Positions 10,437 through 20,264 of a stretch of DNA of 64,000 nucleotides are shown piece after piece. Under the pieces are notes generated by a model that was given only the letters and a program-made list of their open reading frames with translations, was not told the origin of the DNA and ran no database searches. The stretch covers positions 4,296,757 through 4,360,756 of the forward strand of contig OZ245002.1 in NCBI GenBank assembly GCA_965223415.1, given 5' to 3'. Position numbers and translations under genes: made by a program. Each line of letters begins with the position of its first letter. The first letter of the stretch is position 1. This DNA is from Myxococcota bacterium. Its GTDB lineage: Bacteria > Myxococcota_A > UBA9160 > UBA6930.

Positions 10437-11297
10437 GTGCTGCGCCTGCTCGTGCTGGACGCCTACGCCCGGGAGGGCCGGGCGGACCTCACTTCCGCCG
10501 GGGCTAGCGAAGCCGGCGCCCTCTATGCCCGTCGCCTTCGCGAGCTGCGACCCGACGCGCAGGTCGACGTCGGCTTCCCCGCCGATCCGGACTGGGCTCC
10601 CCCCGACGCCCTGGCCGGCAACGACGGCATGCTCTGGACCGGCTCGAGCCTCACGATCCACGACGCGCGCGACGAGCGGGTGACCCGCCAGATCGAGCTC
10701 GCTCGCCGGGGCTTCGAGGCCGGCGTGCCGGCCCACGGGAGCTGCTTCGCGGCCCAGCTCTCGGTGGTGGCTGCGGGCGGGGCGTGTGCGCGCCATCCGG
10801 AGGGTCGCGAGTTCGGCGTGTCGCGGAAGATCGGCCTCACGGCAGCCGGTGCCGGTCACCCGATGTTCGTCGGCAAGCCCGCCGTGTTCGACGCCCTGAC
10901 CAGTCACGAGGACGAGATCGTGACCCTGCCGCCCGGAGCCGTCACCCTGGCGAGCAACCGCTGGAGCGCCGTGCAGGCGGTGGCCGTGGAGCACCGGGGC
11001 GGGCGCTTCTGGGCCGTCCAGTACCATCCGGAGTACGACCTGCACGAGATCGCTCGTCAGGCCCGGCTACGAGCGCCCGGTCTGGTTGCCCAGGGGCGTT
11101 TCGCCAACGAGGCGGCCGCCCTCCGCTGGGGTGACGATCTCGAGACGCTGCACGCCGATTCCTCGCGCCGTGACCTCGCATGGCGCCATGGCCTCGACGC
11201 CGACGTCCTCGACCCGGGCGTGCGTCTCCGGGAGCTGGCCAACTGGCTCGCGCGGGAAGTGGAGCCGCGGGCGCGCCGGCGCGTCGGGGGGTCGTGA
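10437..11297 (+). CDS. Class I glutamine amidotransferase-like protein
   Basis: GATase1 nucleophile elbow HGSCFAAQ and the distal WAVQYHPEYD His/Glu region. Confidence 0.75.
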   Translation: MLRLLVLDAYAREGRADLTSAGASEAGALYARRLRELRPDAQVDVGFPADPDWAPPDALAGNDGMLWTGSSLTIHDARDERVTRQIELARRGFEAGVPAHGSCFAAQLSVVAAGGACARHPEGREFGVSRKIGLTAAGAGHPMFVGKPAVFDALTSHEDEIVTLPPGAVTLASNRWSAVQAVAVEHRGGRFWAVQYHPEYDLHEIARQARLRAPGLVAQGRFANEAAALRWGDDLETLHADSSRRDLAWRHGLDADVLDPGVRLRELANWLAREVEPRARRRVGGS

Positions 11298-11310
11298 TAG
11301 GCTCCCGGCC

Positions 11311-12063
11311 ATGAGCGACCTCCACGTCGAGCTTCAAGACCGCCTCGCCGAAGTCGAGATCCGTCGCGGCCCGGCGAACTTCTTCGACACCGCACTGATC
11401 CGCGCGCTGGCCGACACCTTCCACGAGCTCGCAGCGGACGATCGCTGCCGCGCCATCGTGCTCTGCTCCGAGGGCAAGCACTTCTGCGCCGGCGCGGATT
11501 TCGGCGGCGGCGGACGGCGGGACGAGACCGGCGATCTCTATGCCGAAGCGGTGCGCCTCTTCGCGGCCCCGCTGCCCTTCCTCGCGGCCGTCCAGGGCGC
11601 CGCCGTCGGCGGAGGCCTGGGCCTCGCGCTGGCCGCAGACCTGCGGGTGGCGTGCCCCGAGGCGCGCTTCACGGCGAACTTCGCCCGGCTGGGCTTCCAC
11701 CACGGCTTCGGTCTCAGCGTCACCCTACCGGCCTTGGTCGGGCAGGGTGCGGCGATGGAGCTCCTCTACACCGGCCGCCGCGTGAAGGGCGACGAAGCGC
11801 TCTCCCTCGGGCTCTGCGATCGCCTCGTTCCCCGGGAAGAGCTCCGCGGGGCCGCCCGCGCCCTCGCCCGGGAGATCGCGACCTCCGCGCCCCTGGCGGT
11901 TCGCTCGATCCGCGCCACCCTGCGCGGCGACCTTGCCGAGCGCATCCGCAAGGCCACGGCCCACGAGCAGGCGGAGCAGGAGCGCTTGCGGCAGACCGCC
12001 GACTTCCGCGAAGGTGTGAAGGCGATGGGAGAGCGCCGGGAGCCTCGCTTCGAGGGGAAGTGA
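11311..12063 (+). CDS. Enoyl-CoA hydratase/isomerase family protein
   Basis: In-frame ATG at 11311. Crotonase signature CSEGKHFCAGADF...AAVQGAAVGGGLGLALAAD. Confidence 0.85.
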   Translation: MSDLHVELQDRLAEVEIRRGPANFFDTALIRALADTFHELAADDRCRAIVLCSEGKHFCAGADFGGGGRRDETGDLYAEAVRLFAAPLPFLAAVQGAAVGGGLGLALAADLRVACPEARFTANFARLGFHHGFGLSVTLPALVGQGAAMELLYTGRRVKGDEALSLGLCDRLVPREELRGAARALAREIATSAPLAVRSIRATLRGDLAERIRKATAHEQAEQERLRQTADFREGVKAMGERREPRFEGK

Positions 12064-12115
12064 CCCGGCCGCCTCCTTTCGCTGGGAGCGACATGACGTT
12101 CGGTGCACGACTCCG

Positions 12116-12685
12116 ATGACGCGGCTCACGGTGATGCTGGCGGCGTTCCTCGCCGCGCTGATCGGCGTCTTCTTCCTGGCGGCGGTCACTCACCGCGGCG
12201 GGCCGCCGCTGTTCATCATCCACCACGACGTGGAGATCGACGCCCCCGCCGATTCCGTGTGGGCGATCCTCAACGACGCGGCGGCCCATCCCACCTGGAA
12301 TCCCTACGTGCTCGAGATCGACGGCGTGCTCCAGCCCGGCGAGACCCTGCGCGTGCGGATCGCCCAGGACGACTGGTCCCAGCCCCGGGACGTGACGGCG
12401 CGGGTGATGCGCGCCGGCGACAGCGAGCTTCGCTGGCGGGGCACGGTCGGCATCGAGGGCGTGTTCGATACCGAGCACTCGTTCCAAGTCGTCTCCCTGG
12501 AGGCTGGGCGATCGCGCTTCGTGCAGCGGGAGGAGTTCCGCGGCTGGCTGGCGGCGCTGCTCCGGGCGCGCAGGCCGGAGGAGGATCCGGTGCTTCCGGG
12601 AACGGCCCGGGCCTTCGAGGCCATGAACCTCGCCCTGAAGGAGCGCGCCGAGGTGCTCCGGGAGCAGGAGAAAGGAAGCCCATGA
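12116..12685 (+). CDS. SRPBCC-family protein with an N-terminal membrane anchor
   Basis: Hydrophobic N-terminus LTVMLAAFLAALIGVFFLAAV, then a START/Bet-v1-like opening HHDVEIDAPADSVWAILNDAAAHPTWNP. Confidence 0.7.
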   Translation: MTRLTVMLAAFLAALIGVFFLAAVTHRGGPPLFIIHHDVEIDAPADSVWAILNDAAAHPTWNPYVLEIDGVLQPGETLRVRIAQDDWSQPRDVTARVMRAGDSELRWRGTVGIEGVFDTEHSFQVVSLEAGRSRFVQREEFRGWLAALLRARRPEEDPVLPGTARAFEAMNLALKERAEVLREQEKGSP

Positions 12686-13113
12686 GGACCGGAAGCTGCC
12701 TGTGCGGCGGCGTGCGTTTCGAGATCACCCGGGAGCTCACACCCATCCAGGCCTGCCACGCCCGGCGCTGCCGCCGGGCCGGCGGAGGCGCCTTCGCCCC
12801 CGAGGCCGGCGTGGGAGAGGACGCCTTCCGCTGGCTCGCCGGCGAGGAGCTCGTCACGACCTACGAGGCGCCGATCCTCGAGTTGCCTCCGGCCTACCGG
12901 CGTGCCTTCTGTCGCGTCTGCGGCTCACCCGCGCCGCTCGTGTACCCGGCGATCGGCGGGGTCGGAATCCCGCCGGGTGCCCTCGACGACGAGACGGGCC
13001 TCGCGATCTCCCACCACGCGTTCGTCGACCAGAAGGCGCCGTGGTTCTCCATCACCGACGGCCTGCCCCGGCACGGGATGCGGCCGCCGCGACCGGTGCA
13101 CGAGCAGTCATAG
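12682..13113 (+). CDS. GFA (glutathione-dependent formaldehyde-activating)/CENP-V family protein
   Basis: ATG at 12682 after AGGAGAAAGGAAG. Cys-ligand pattern GSCLCGGVRFE...CHARRC...CRVCGS. Confidence 0.75.
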   Translation: MRTGSCLCGGVRFEITRELTPIQACHARRCRRAGGGAFAPEAGVGEDAFRWLAGEELVTTYEAPILELPPAYRRAFCRVCGSPAPLVYPAIGGVGIPPGALDDETGLAISHHAFVDQKAPWFSITDGLPRHGMRPPRPVHEQS

Positions 13114-13617
13114 AAGGGTGCGGTAGCGCACCTCGAAGACGCCGGGGCCGAGCCAGTCCGGCTTGTCCAGGCGGGCGCCGTCCGCGGCGAGGCCGTGTCG
13201 CTCATAGAAGCGGCGCGCTGGCGTGTTCGCTTCGAGCACCCAGAGGAGCAGGCCGCGGTAGGCCCGAGACCTCGCGAAGTCCAGGGCATCGGAGAAGAGG
13301 GCGTGCCCGAGGCCGGTGGCCGTCTCGTCGGGAGACACGTAGAGATGGGTCACCTCGGCGAAGCCGGCTGGCGGGGCGGCGAGGTCGCGTGCGGGGGACA
13401 GACGGCAAGAGCCCCGCACGGCTCCCTTTTCGTGGGCGATCCGGACGCGCACGCCTTCCCCTTGGATCCACTCCCGCCAGTGGGGCACCCGATCCTCGGC
13501 GCGGAGCGCGTCCAGGCGCGCGTCGTCGATGATGCCCCGGTAGGCCCGCTGCCAGCTCGCGACGTGCACGCGGGCGATGGCCGGGGCGTCGCCTTCGTCC
13601 GCTGCCCGGAGCTGCAT
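13108..13617 (-). CDS. GNAT family N-acetyltransferase
   Basis: 169-aa C-terminal portion of ORF 13108..14508, starting MQLRAADEGDAPAIARVHVASW. Acetyl-CoA pocket region YVSPDETATGLGHALF...ANTPARRFYERHGL. Confidence 0.8.
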   Translation of the reverse strand: MQLRAADEGDAPAIARVHVASWQRAYRGIIDDARLDALRAEDRVPHWREWIQGEGVRVRIAHEKGAVRGSCRLSPARDLAAPPAGFAEVTHLYVSPDETATGLGHALFSDALDFARSRAYRGLLLWVLEANTPARRFYERHGLAADGARLDKPDWLGPGVFEVRYRTLL

Positions 13618-13619
13618 CG

Positions 13620-14699
13620 CTAGCCGAGGCGCAGGGCCAGGGCGTCCTCCCAGCCGAAGTCGAAGCGGCGCGTCTCGTGGAGGCCCGTGTCGTGGAACCA
13701 GCGCCAGGTGTGCTCGACGGCGGCGGGGAAGGGGATCTCGGGCTCCCAGCCCACGTCGCGCCGGAGCCGCTCGATGCCGAACAGCACGTTGCGGTTCCAG
13801 CGGTGGATGTTCGGGGCGATGTGCTGCACGAGGCACGAGAGCATAAAGCGGTTGGTGAAGACGTGGTCGGCCGCCGGCGCCGTGCGCGTATCGACGTTCG
13901 CCTTCGGGAGGGCCGTCTGCATCGGGACACGCCCGTCGAAGAGGTCGTCCATCAGGGCCGCGGGAAGGAAGCGCTTGTCGGCCGGGGCGCCGAGGATCTC
14001 GGCGAAAAGGTCGACGTAGCCCTCGGAGGTGAAGGAGTCGCTGCCGGTCAGGTTGTAGCGCTTGCCGACGGTGATCGGCTGACCGAGCACGGCGTGGATG
14101 GCCCGGGCCTGGTCGTCCACGTGGCCCACCTGGGCGATCTTCGTGCCGTCGCCGGGGATCAGGACGGGCCGGCCCTGGAGGAGCCGCGCGAACATGCGCT
14201 GCTCTCGGTCGGGCAGGATGTTGTTCGGGCCGAAGACCATCGAGAGCGCCACCACGGTGGCGGGGAAGCCGTTCTCCCGCTGCTGGCGGAAGAGGAAGTC
14301 CTCGCAGGCGAGCTTCTGCAGGCCGTACTCGTTCTGCCGCTCGCTGCGGTCCACGGGGAAGCGCTCGGTGATCGGCAGCAGCTCCGAGGCGGCGTAGATG
14401 ACCGTGGAGCTGATGAAGACGTAGTGGCCGGTGCGGCCGCGAAGCAGCTCGGCCATGCGCTGCACGTCTTCGAGCCGGTACGCGCTGACGTCCACCACCG
14501 CATCCCACTCCTCGCGGCCGAGGGCCTCGCCCAGGGCGGCGGCATCCGTGCGATCCGCGAAGAGGCGGGCCACGCCGCGGGGCAGGTCGGCCTCGGTCTT
14601 CCCGCGATTGAGGACCGTGACCGCGTGGCCGTGCTTCGCGAGCTCGCGCACGACGGCGAGGCCGTTGAACATCGTCCCGCCCATTACGAGCACCTTCAT
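13620..14699 (-). CDS. NAD-dependent epimerase/dehydratase family protein
   Basis: Internal Met 35 of ORF 13620..14801: MKVLVMGGTMFNGLAVVRELAKHGHAVTVLNRG. ATGA overlap with the upstream VOC gene stop. Confidence 0.8.
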   Translation of the reverse strand: MKVLVMGGTMFNGLAVVRELAKHGHAVTVLNRGKTEADLPRGVARLFADRTDAAALGEALGREEWDAVVDVSAYRLEDVQRMAELLRGRTGHYVFISSTVIYAASELLPITERFPVDRSERQNEYGLQKLACEDFLFRQQRENGFPATVVALSMVFGPNNILPDREQRMFARLLQGRPVLIPGDGTKIAQVGHVDDQARAIHAVLGQPITVGKRYNLTGSDSFTSEGYVDLFAEILGAPADKRFLPAALMDDLFDGRVPMQTALPKANVDTRTAPAADHVFTNRFMLSCLVQHIAPNIHRWNRNVLFGIERLRRDVGWEPEIPFPAAVEHTWRWFHDTGLHETRRFDFGWEDALALRLG

Positions 14700-15259
14700 G
14701 CGTCGTCCCCTCGCGTCTCCAGGTGGTCGATCCGGCTGCCGAGCACTCCGGGCATGTACTCGATCAGCTCGACGATCAGGCCGTCCGGATCCCGGCAGCA
14801 CACCACCGCCTCAACGCCGGTGTGGGGCTCGGGGCCCCGGGGCTCCGTGAGGAAGGTGATGCCCTTCGCGCGCAGCTCTTCGTAGGCCCGGCGGACGCCG
14901 TGGGTGCGCAGGGCGATGATCCGCGGCACCCGGTCCTCGATCGGACGCGCGCTCGGGGGCTCCGGCTCGGGCCGGAGCCACTCGATGAGATCGAGGCGGG
15001 TGTGCAGCTCGCCGTCGTCCACCGCCAGGAGCGCGCCCCGGCCCTGGGCCTCGCGCAGGCCGAACTGGGTGGCCACGTAGTCGGGCCACACCACGTCCCG
15101 GTTGTCGCGCAGGACCTTGAAGCCCAGCGCCTCGTAGAAGGCGAGGGAGCGCTCGAAGTTCGTCGCGCTCACCGTGAAGTGGAAGATGGACCGAAGCTCC
15201 CAGTCTCTCTCGCTCAACAGAAGCTCCCTCCGCTTGTGGTGGACCCGAATCGCCGGCAT
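14696..15259 (-). CDS. VOC (glyoxalase/bleomycin-resistance/dioxygenase) family protein
   Basis: FHFTVSATNFERSLAFYEALGF...CRDPDGLIVELIE. The start codon choice is uncertain. Confidence 0.75.
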   Translation of the reverse strand: MPAIRVHHKRRELLLSERDWELRSIFHFTVSATNFERSLAFYEALGFKVLRDNRDVVWPDYVATQFGLREAQGRGALLAVDDGELHTRLDLIEWLRPEPEPPSARPIEDRVPRIIALRTHGVRRAYEELRAKGITFLTEPRGPEPHTGVEAVVCCRDPDGLIVELIEYMPGVLGSRIDHLETRGDDA

Positions 15260-15303
15260 GATGCCGCTTCCCGGGCGCGTCGCCCACCGCAGGAGGAGCC
15301 CCC

Positions 15304-16236
15304 ATGGACTGGCCCTCGGCCGACCAGATCGCCGCGATCTTCGAGAAAGTGAAGAACTGGGGGCGCTGGGGCGCCGACGACGAGGCCGGCGCCCTGAACC
15401 TGATCACCCCGGAGCGGCGTCGCGCGGCCGCCGCCTGTGCCGTCGCCGGCGAGACCGTCAGCTGCGCGAGGGAGCTGCCGGTGATCCCGTCGGTGGAGAA
15501 CCCGAACCCGGCCCTCCACATGATGCTCGTGGCCGGCGACGACTGCGTGCTCCCCGGCATCGGGCTGGAGACCACGATGGACTTCGTTGGCGTCGCCTTC
15601 CACGGCATGGCCACGTCGCACATCGACGCGCTCTGCCACGTGTTCGTGAACGGCCAGATGTACAACGGCTTCGCCGCCGACGAGGTGAAGAGCACCGGCG
15701 CCCGGCGGGGCAGCATCATGTGCGCGAAAGAGGGTATCGTCGGCCGCGGCGTGCTGCTCGACATCCCGCGCCTGCGAGGCACGAGCTGGCTCGAGCCGAA
15801 CGACTGGATCCCCGTGGAGGAGCTCGAGGCCGCCGAGGCCGCTCAGGGCGTGACGGTGGGGGAGGGCGACATCCTGCTGGTCGCGACCGGCCGGGACGCC
15901 CGCCGCGAGAGCCAGGGGCCCTGGAGCCCGATCGAGGAGGGGCTGGCCGGCCTCCATCCCGAGTGCATCCCGTGGCTTCACGAGCGCGGCGTGGCGGTGC
16001 TCGGCTCCGACGGCGTGTCGGATCCGCTGCCGGGCAGCCCCCAGCCCGGCTGGCCCATGCCGGTGCACCAGTGCACCCTGGTCGCCATGGGCGTGCACCT
16101 GCTCGACAACCTCCGACTCGACGGCCTCGCCGAGGCCTGCGCTCGCCACGAGCGATGGAGCTTCCTGCTGAACGTGGCGCCGCTGCGGATCGACGGCGGC
16201 ACCGGCTCTCCCGTCAACCCGATCGCGGTGCTCTAG
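15304..16236 (+). CDS. Cyclase family protein (kynurenine-formamidase-like fold)
   Basis: 310 aa with a His-rich metal motif region FHGMATSHIDALCH. Resembles the putative-cyclase family. Confidence 0.7.
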   Translation: MDWPSADQIAAIFEKVKNWGRWGADDEAGALNLITPERRRAAAACAVAGETVSCARELPVIPSVENPNPALHMMLVAGDDCVLPGIGLETTMDFVGVAFHGMATSHIDALCHVFVNGQMYNGFAADEVKSTGARRGSIMCAKEGIVGRGVLLDIPRLRGTSWLEPNDWIPVEELEAAEAAQGVTVGEGDILLVATGRDARRESQGPWSPIEEGLAGLHPECIPWLHERGVAVLGSDGVSDPLPGSPQPGWPMPVHQCTLVAMGVHLLDNLRLDGLAEACARHERWSFLLNVAPLRIDGGTGSPVNPIAVL

Positions 16237-16238
16237 CC

Positions 16239-16994
16239 GTGTTCGATCTCACGGGACGGGTGGCGGTGGTGACCGGCGGCAACGGAGGCATCGGTCTCGG
16301 GTTGGCCCGGGGGCTGGCGAAGGCCGGTGCGGACCTCTCGATCTGGGCCCGAAACGCGGAGAAGAGCGCGGCGGCGAAAGAGGAGCTCGAGGGTCTCGGG
16401 GCCCGGGTGCAGACGCTCTCTTGCGACGTGGCGAGCCCCGAGGACATCGCCCGGGCCGTGGAAGAGACCGTCAGCGGCCTGGGGAAGATCGACGCCTGCT
16501 TCGCCAACGCCGGCTTCGGCCACATGGCCTCGTCGCTCAAGATCTCGCCGGAGGAGTGGCACCGGGTCACCTCCGTCGATCTCGACGGCGTGTTCTTCAC
16601 CTTCCGCGAGGTCGCGAAGCACATGATCGAGCGGGGCGAGGGAGGCAAGCTCGTCGCAATCGGGTCGATCGGCGAGATCTATGGCATGGCCCGCCAGGTG
16701 CCGTACTCGGCGAGCAAGGCCGCCCTGGGCGGGATCGTTCGCTCGCTGGCGGTCGAGTGGGGCAAGCACGACATCCAGGTGAACCTGCTCGTTCCGGGCT
16801 GGATCGACACCGATGCGACCCGTCCCATGATCGAATGGGAGGCCCTCGACAAGACCATCCGCCACCGCACGCCGGCGAACCGATGGGGAACGCCGGAGGA
16901 CTTCGAAGGCATCGCCGTCTACCTCGCCTCGGAGGCGTCCCGCTTCCACACGGCGGACACCATTCGCGTCGACGGCGGCTACTCCGTCTTCTGA
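16239..16994 (+). CDS. SDR family oxidoreductase
   Basis: In-frame GTG at 16239. VAVVTGGNGGIGLG, catalytic YSASKAAL, and a terminal VDGGYSVF. Confidence 0.85.
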   Translation: MFDLTGRVAVVTGGNGGIGLGLARGLAKAGADLSIWARNAEKSAAAKEELEGLGARVQTLSCDVASPEDIARAVEETVSGLGKIDACFANAGFGHMASSLKISPEEWHRVTSVDLDGVFFTFREVAKHMIERGEGGKLVAIGSIGEIYGMARQVPYSASKAALGGIVRSLAVEWGKHDIQVNLLVPGWIDTDATRPMIEWEALDKTIRHRTPANRWGTPEDFEGIAVYLASEASRFHTADTIRVDGGYSVF

Positions 16995-17001
16995 TCCGTC
17001 G

Positions 17002-17211
17002 TCAGACGACTCGCTCGCCGTCCCGCAGCACCTGGATGGCGAAGTGGGGGCAGGCGCGGGCGGCCTCGACGATCCGGGCATCCGGGTCGTCGCCCGCGCC
17101 GCGGACCACGGCCCGATCGGCGTCGTCGAGGGCGAAGCTCCCCGGCGCGCGGAAGACACACTCGCCGGCGCCCCGGCAGGCCTCGCGGTCGATGCGGATC
17201 TCGAGCGGCAT
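17002..17211 (-). CDS. Small ferredoxin (single-cluster type often partnered with P450s)
   Basis: MPLEIRIDREACRGAGECVFRAP...ACPHFAI. I prefer Met 8 of ORF 17002..17232 as the start because family members begin close to the first Cys cluster. Confidence 0.75.
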   Translation of the reverse strand: MPLEIRIDREACRGAGECVFRAPGSFALDDADRAVVRGAGDDPDARIVEAARACPHFAIQVLRDGERVV

Positions 17212-17230
17212 CGCGCGTAGCATACCGGCC

Positions 17231-17830
17231 ATGGACGTGATCGAAGCGATGGAGACGTGCCGGGCGATCCGCTACCTGAAGCCGGATCCGGTGCCGGAGG
17301 CCCTGCTGCGCAAGCTCGTCTACGCGGCGACCCGCGCGTCGAACCCGGGCAACAGTCAGGGCTGGGAGTTCGTCGTGCTCCGGGACCCGGCGAAGAAGCG
17401 GCGCATCCAGGAGGCCCTCGAGGGGACGATGGCGCCGGCCATCGAGAACCTCGGCGCCGACGAGACCGATCCGGTTCAGCGCCGCGTGCTGGCCGGCGCG
17501 GGTCACCTCATCCGCCACCTCGACCAGGTGCCGGTGCTCGTCTTCGTGTGCGGGCGCCTCGTCTACCCGCCCCAGGCGCCCAGCGAGCAGATGGTCTGGT
17601 CCGCGGTCTATCCGGCGGCCCAGAACCTGATCGTGGCCGCTCGCTCCCTCGGGCTCGGCTCCACCTTCACCACCTTCCACATGGCGGCAGAGGGGACCGT
17701 GCGGGAGGTGCTGGGCATTCCGGCCGAGGTTCGGATCGGGGTCACCCTCGCCCTGGGCTATCCCGACCGTCCCTTCGGGCCGCTGGCGCGCAAGCCCGTC
17801 GACGACGTCCTGCACTGGGACGGTTGGTAG
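17231..17830 (+). CDS. Nitroreductase family protein
   Basis: In-frame ATG at 17231. CRAIRYLKPDPVPEALLRKLVYAATRASNPGNSQGWEFVVL. Confidence 0.8.
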   Translation: MDVIEAMETCRAIRYLKPDPVPEALLRKLVYAATRASNPGNSQGWEFVVLRDPAKKRRIQEALEGTMAPAIENLGADETDPVQRRVLAGAGHLIRHLDQVPVLVFVCGRLVYPPQAPSEQMVWSAVYPAAQNLIVAARSLGLGSTFTTFHMAAEGTVREVLGIPAEVRIGVTLALGYPDRPFGPLARKPVDDVLHWDGW

Positions 17831-17839
17831 GCTCGGACC

Positions 17840-19354
17840 GTGACCGATGCCCTCATCGAACGCATCCTGCGCGCGCGGGTCTACGACGTCGCCCGGGAGA
17901 CCCCGCTCGAGGATGCGCCGCGGCTCTCGGCGCGCTTCGGCGAGCGGGTGCTGCTGAAGCGCGAGGATCTCCAGCCGATCTTCTCCTTCAAGCTGCGCGG
18001 CGCGTACCACAAGATCTCCCAGCTTCCGCCCGACGAGGCCCGACGCGGGCTCGTGGCTTGCTCCGCCGGCAACCACGCCCAGGGGGTGGCCCTTGCGGCC
18101 GCGCGCCTGGGTTTCCCGGCCACGATCGTCATGCCCCGCACCACGCCCTCGATCAAGGTGCAGGCGGTGGACGCCCTGGGCGCGAAGGTCGAGCTCTTCG
18201 GCGACACGGTGGCCGATGCCGGCGAGCGGGCGGACGCCCTGGCCGCCGAGCACGGCTACGCCTTCGTCCACCCCTTCGACGATCCGGACGTGATCGCGGG
18301 CCAGGGCACGATCGGCATGGAGATCCTGCGCCAGCACCCGGACCCCATCGACGCGATCTTCGTGCCGGTGGGCGGCGCGGGCCTGCTGGCCGGCGTGCTC
18401 GCCTACGTGAAGTTCCTGCGCCCGGAGACCCGCGTCTTCGGGGTCGAGGCGGAGGATGCGGCGAGCCTGGCGGCCGCCCTCGCGGCGGGCCGGCCGGTCG
18501 CGCTTCCTCGGGTCGGTCTGTTCGTCGACGGCGCCGCGGTGCGCCAGGTCGGCCGTCTCCCCTTCGACATCGTCCAGGGCCGGGTCGATGGCGTGCTGCG
18601 GGTCGGCGTCGACGAGGTGTGCGCCGCGATCCAGGACCTCTTCGAGGAGACCCGGGTGCTGGCCGAGCCGGCCGGGGCACTGGCACTGGCCGGCATGAAG
18701 CGCTGGCTCGAGGAGAAGGGCGGCGGCCAGGGCCGGGCGCTGGTCGCGATCCAGAGCGGTGCCAACATCAACTTCCACCGCCTCCGGCACATCTCCGAGC
18801 GCGCCGAGCTGGGCGAGCACCGGGAGGCGATCCTCGCCGTGACCATTCCCGAGCGGCCCGGGAGCTTCCGCGAGCTGTGTGGCGCCTTGCGGGACGCCAA
18901 CGTGACCGAGTTCAACTACCGCCACGCCGACAGCCCGGAGGCCCACGTGTTCGTCGGCGTCGCGCTGGGCCAGGGCGTCGCGCGGGAGGAGCTCGTGGGC
19001 GGCCTCCAGCGGGCGGGCTACGGCGTCGTCGACATGACCGAGAACGAGATGGCACTCCTCCACACCCGCTTCATGGTGGGCGGCCGGGCCCCGGAGCTGG
19101 CCGACGAGCGCCTGCTGCGCTTCGAGTTCCCGGAGCGCCCGGGAGCCCTGGCCCGTTTCCTGGAGCTGATGGATCCGCGCTGGAACCTCTCGCTCTTCCA
19201 CTACCGCAACCACGGCTCGGCGGTGGGCCGGGTACTGGCGGGGATCCAGGTGCCGGCGGGGGAGGACGGAGGCTTCCGGCGCTATCTGGACGAGCTCGGC
19301 TACCCCTGGAGCGAGGAGACAGAGAATCCGGCCTATCGCCTCTTTCTTCGCTGA
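17840..19354 (+). CDS. ilvA: Biosynthetic threonine ammonia-lyase (threonine dehydratase)
   Basis: 504 aa. PLP region KREDLQPIFSFKLRGAY plus two C-terminal ACT-like regulatory repeats, the length and order typical of IlvA. Confidence 0.9.
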   Translation: MTDALIERILRARVYDVARETPLEDAPRLSARFGERVLLKREDLQPIFSFKLRGAYHKISQLPPDEARRGLVACSAGNHAQGVALAAARLGFPATIVMPRTTPSIKVQAVDALGAKVELFGDTVADAGERADALAAEHGYAFVHPFDDPDVIAGQGTIGMEILRQHPDPIDAIFVPVGGAGLLAGVLAYVKFLRPETRVFGVEAEDAASLAAALAAGRPVALPRVGLFVDGAAVRQVGRLPFDIVQGRVDGVLRVGVDEVCAAIQDLFEETRVLAEPAGALALAGMKRWLEEKGGGQGRALVAIQSGANINFHRLRHISERAELGEHREAILAVTIPERPGSFRELCGALRDANVTEFNYRHADSPEAHVFVGVALGQGVAREELVGGLQRAGYGVVDMTENEMALLHTRFMVGGRAPELADERLLRFEFPERPGALARFLELMDPRWNLSLFHYRNHGSAVGRVLAGIQVPAGEDGGFRRYLDELGYPWSEETENPAYRLFLR

Positions 19355-19415
19355 ACTCTCGCGGCGTTTACGGAGTCTTTACGCGGGATGCGAGGACACC
19401 GGTTAGGCTCGGAAC

Positions 19416-20264
19416 ATGAGCGATCCGCGCGCCCTCCAGATCGCCGCCCTGGGCGGACTCGCCGTCTACGGGTCGGCGGCCCTCGATTTCGAGATCGAGG
19501 CCGGACGGGTCGCCTTGGTGGTAGCGGTGGCCTTGGCCACGGAGTGGATCGGGCGACGCCTCCGCGGCGAGCCCTTCGACCCGCGCAGCCCGCTGATCAC
19601 GGCGCTCTCCCTGACGCTCCTGCTGCGCGCCGCGACGCCGGGCCTCGCCGCGGCCGGGGCGCTCCTCGCCGTCGGCAGCAAGCACCTGCTGCGGGCCCGT
19701 GGCGGCCACGTCTTCAACCCGGCCAACTTCGGCATCGTGGTGCTGCTGCTCGCCACGGACGGGGTATGGGTGTCCGCCGGCCAGTGGGGACACGCAGCAC
19801 TCCTGGCCCTGGCCCTCGCGGGCGCGGGACAGCTCGTGATCCATCGGTCCACGCGCAGCGACGTCACCTGGGCGTTCCTCGCGGCCTGGGGCGGCCTCAC
19901 CTTCGGGCGCGCCGCCTGGCTCGGCGACCCCTGGGCGATTCCGCTGCACCAGCTCCAGAACGGCGCGTTGCTGATCTTCGCCTTCTTCATGATCTCGGAT
20001 CCGCGCACCACGCCGCGCTCGCGGGCCGGCCGGGTGTTCTACGCGGCGGTGGTGGCCGGCGCCGGCTTCGCCCTGCGGTTCGGCGCCCACGAGCCGAACG
20101 GCCTGCTCCATGCCCTGTTCGCAGCGGCCCCCCTGGTGCCGCTGCTCGACCGTTGGCTTCCCGGCCCCACCTATCGGTGGGACCGGGCTCCGGAGGAACC
20201 CCGACATGCGTCCCCGTCTTCGCTCCCTGCTCCTCTCCTGCCTGTGCCTCGTGGGGCTCGCTGA
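19416..20264 (+). CDS. Polytopic membrane protein of the NqrB/RnfD-like family (orphan)
   Basis: 282 aa, multiple hydrophobic spans. Motifs GGHVFNPANFGIVVLL and FAFFMISDPRTTP match what I recall as NqrB/RnfD hallmarks. No other Rnf/Nqr subunits are nearby. Confidence 0.6.
   Translation: MSDPRALQIAALGGLAVYGSAALDFEIEAGRVALVVAVALATEWIGRRLRGEPFDPRSPLITALSLTLLLRAATPGLAAAGALLAVGSKHLLRARGGHVFNPANFGIVVLLLATDGVWVSAGQWGHAALLALALAGAGQLVIHRSTRSDVTWAFLAAWGGLTFGRAAWLGDPWAIPLHQLQNGALLIFAFFMISDPRTTPRSRAGRVFYAAVVAGAGFALRFGAHEPNGLLHALFAAAPLVPLLDRWLPGPTYRWDRAPEEPRHASPSSLPAPLLPVPRGAR

Noticed and set aside
17212-17232. Head-to-head overlapping start codons at the CCATGG palindrome (ferredoxin ATG 17232 versus nitroreductase ATG 17231)
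   Set aside because: The ferredoxin more plausibly starts at Met 8 (17211), close to its first Cys cluster as in family members. The 7-residue extension MAGMLRA has no support.
16979-19213. 744-aa minus-strand ORF antisense to the nitroreductase gene and ilvA
   Set aside because: The opposite strand encodes unmistakable IlvA and nitroreductase sequences. This frame is low-complexity (runs of R, G, A, D, E, H) with no motifs.
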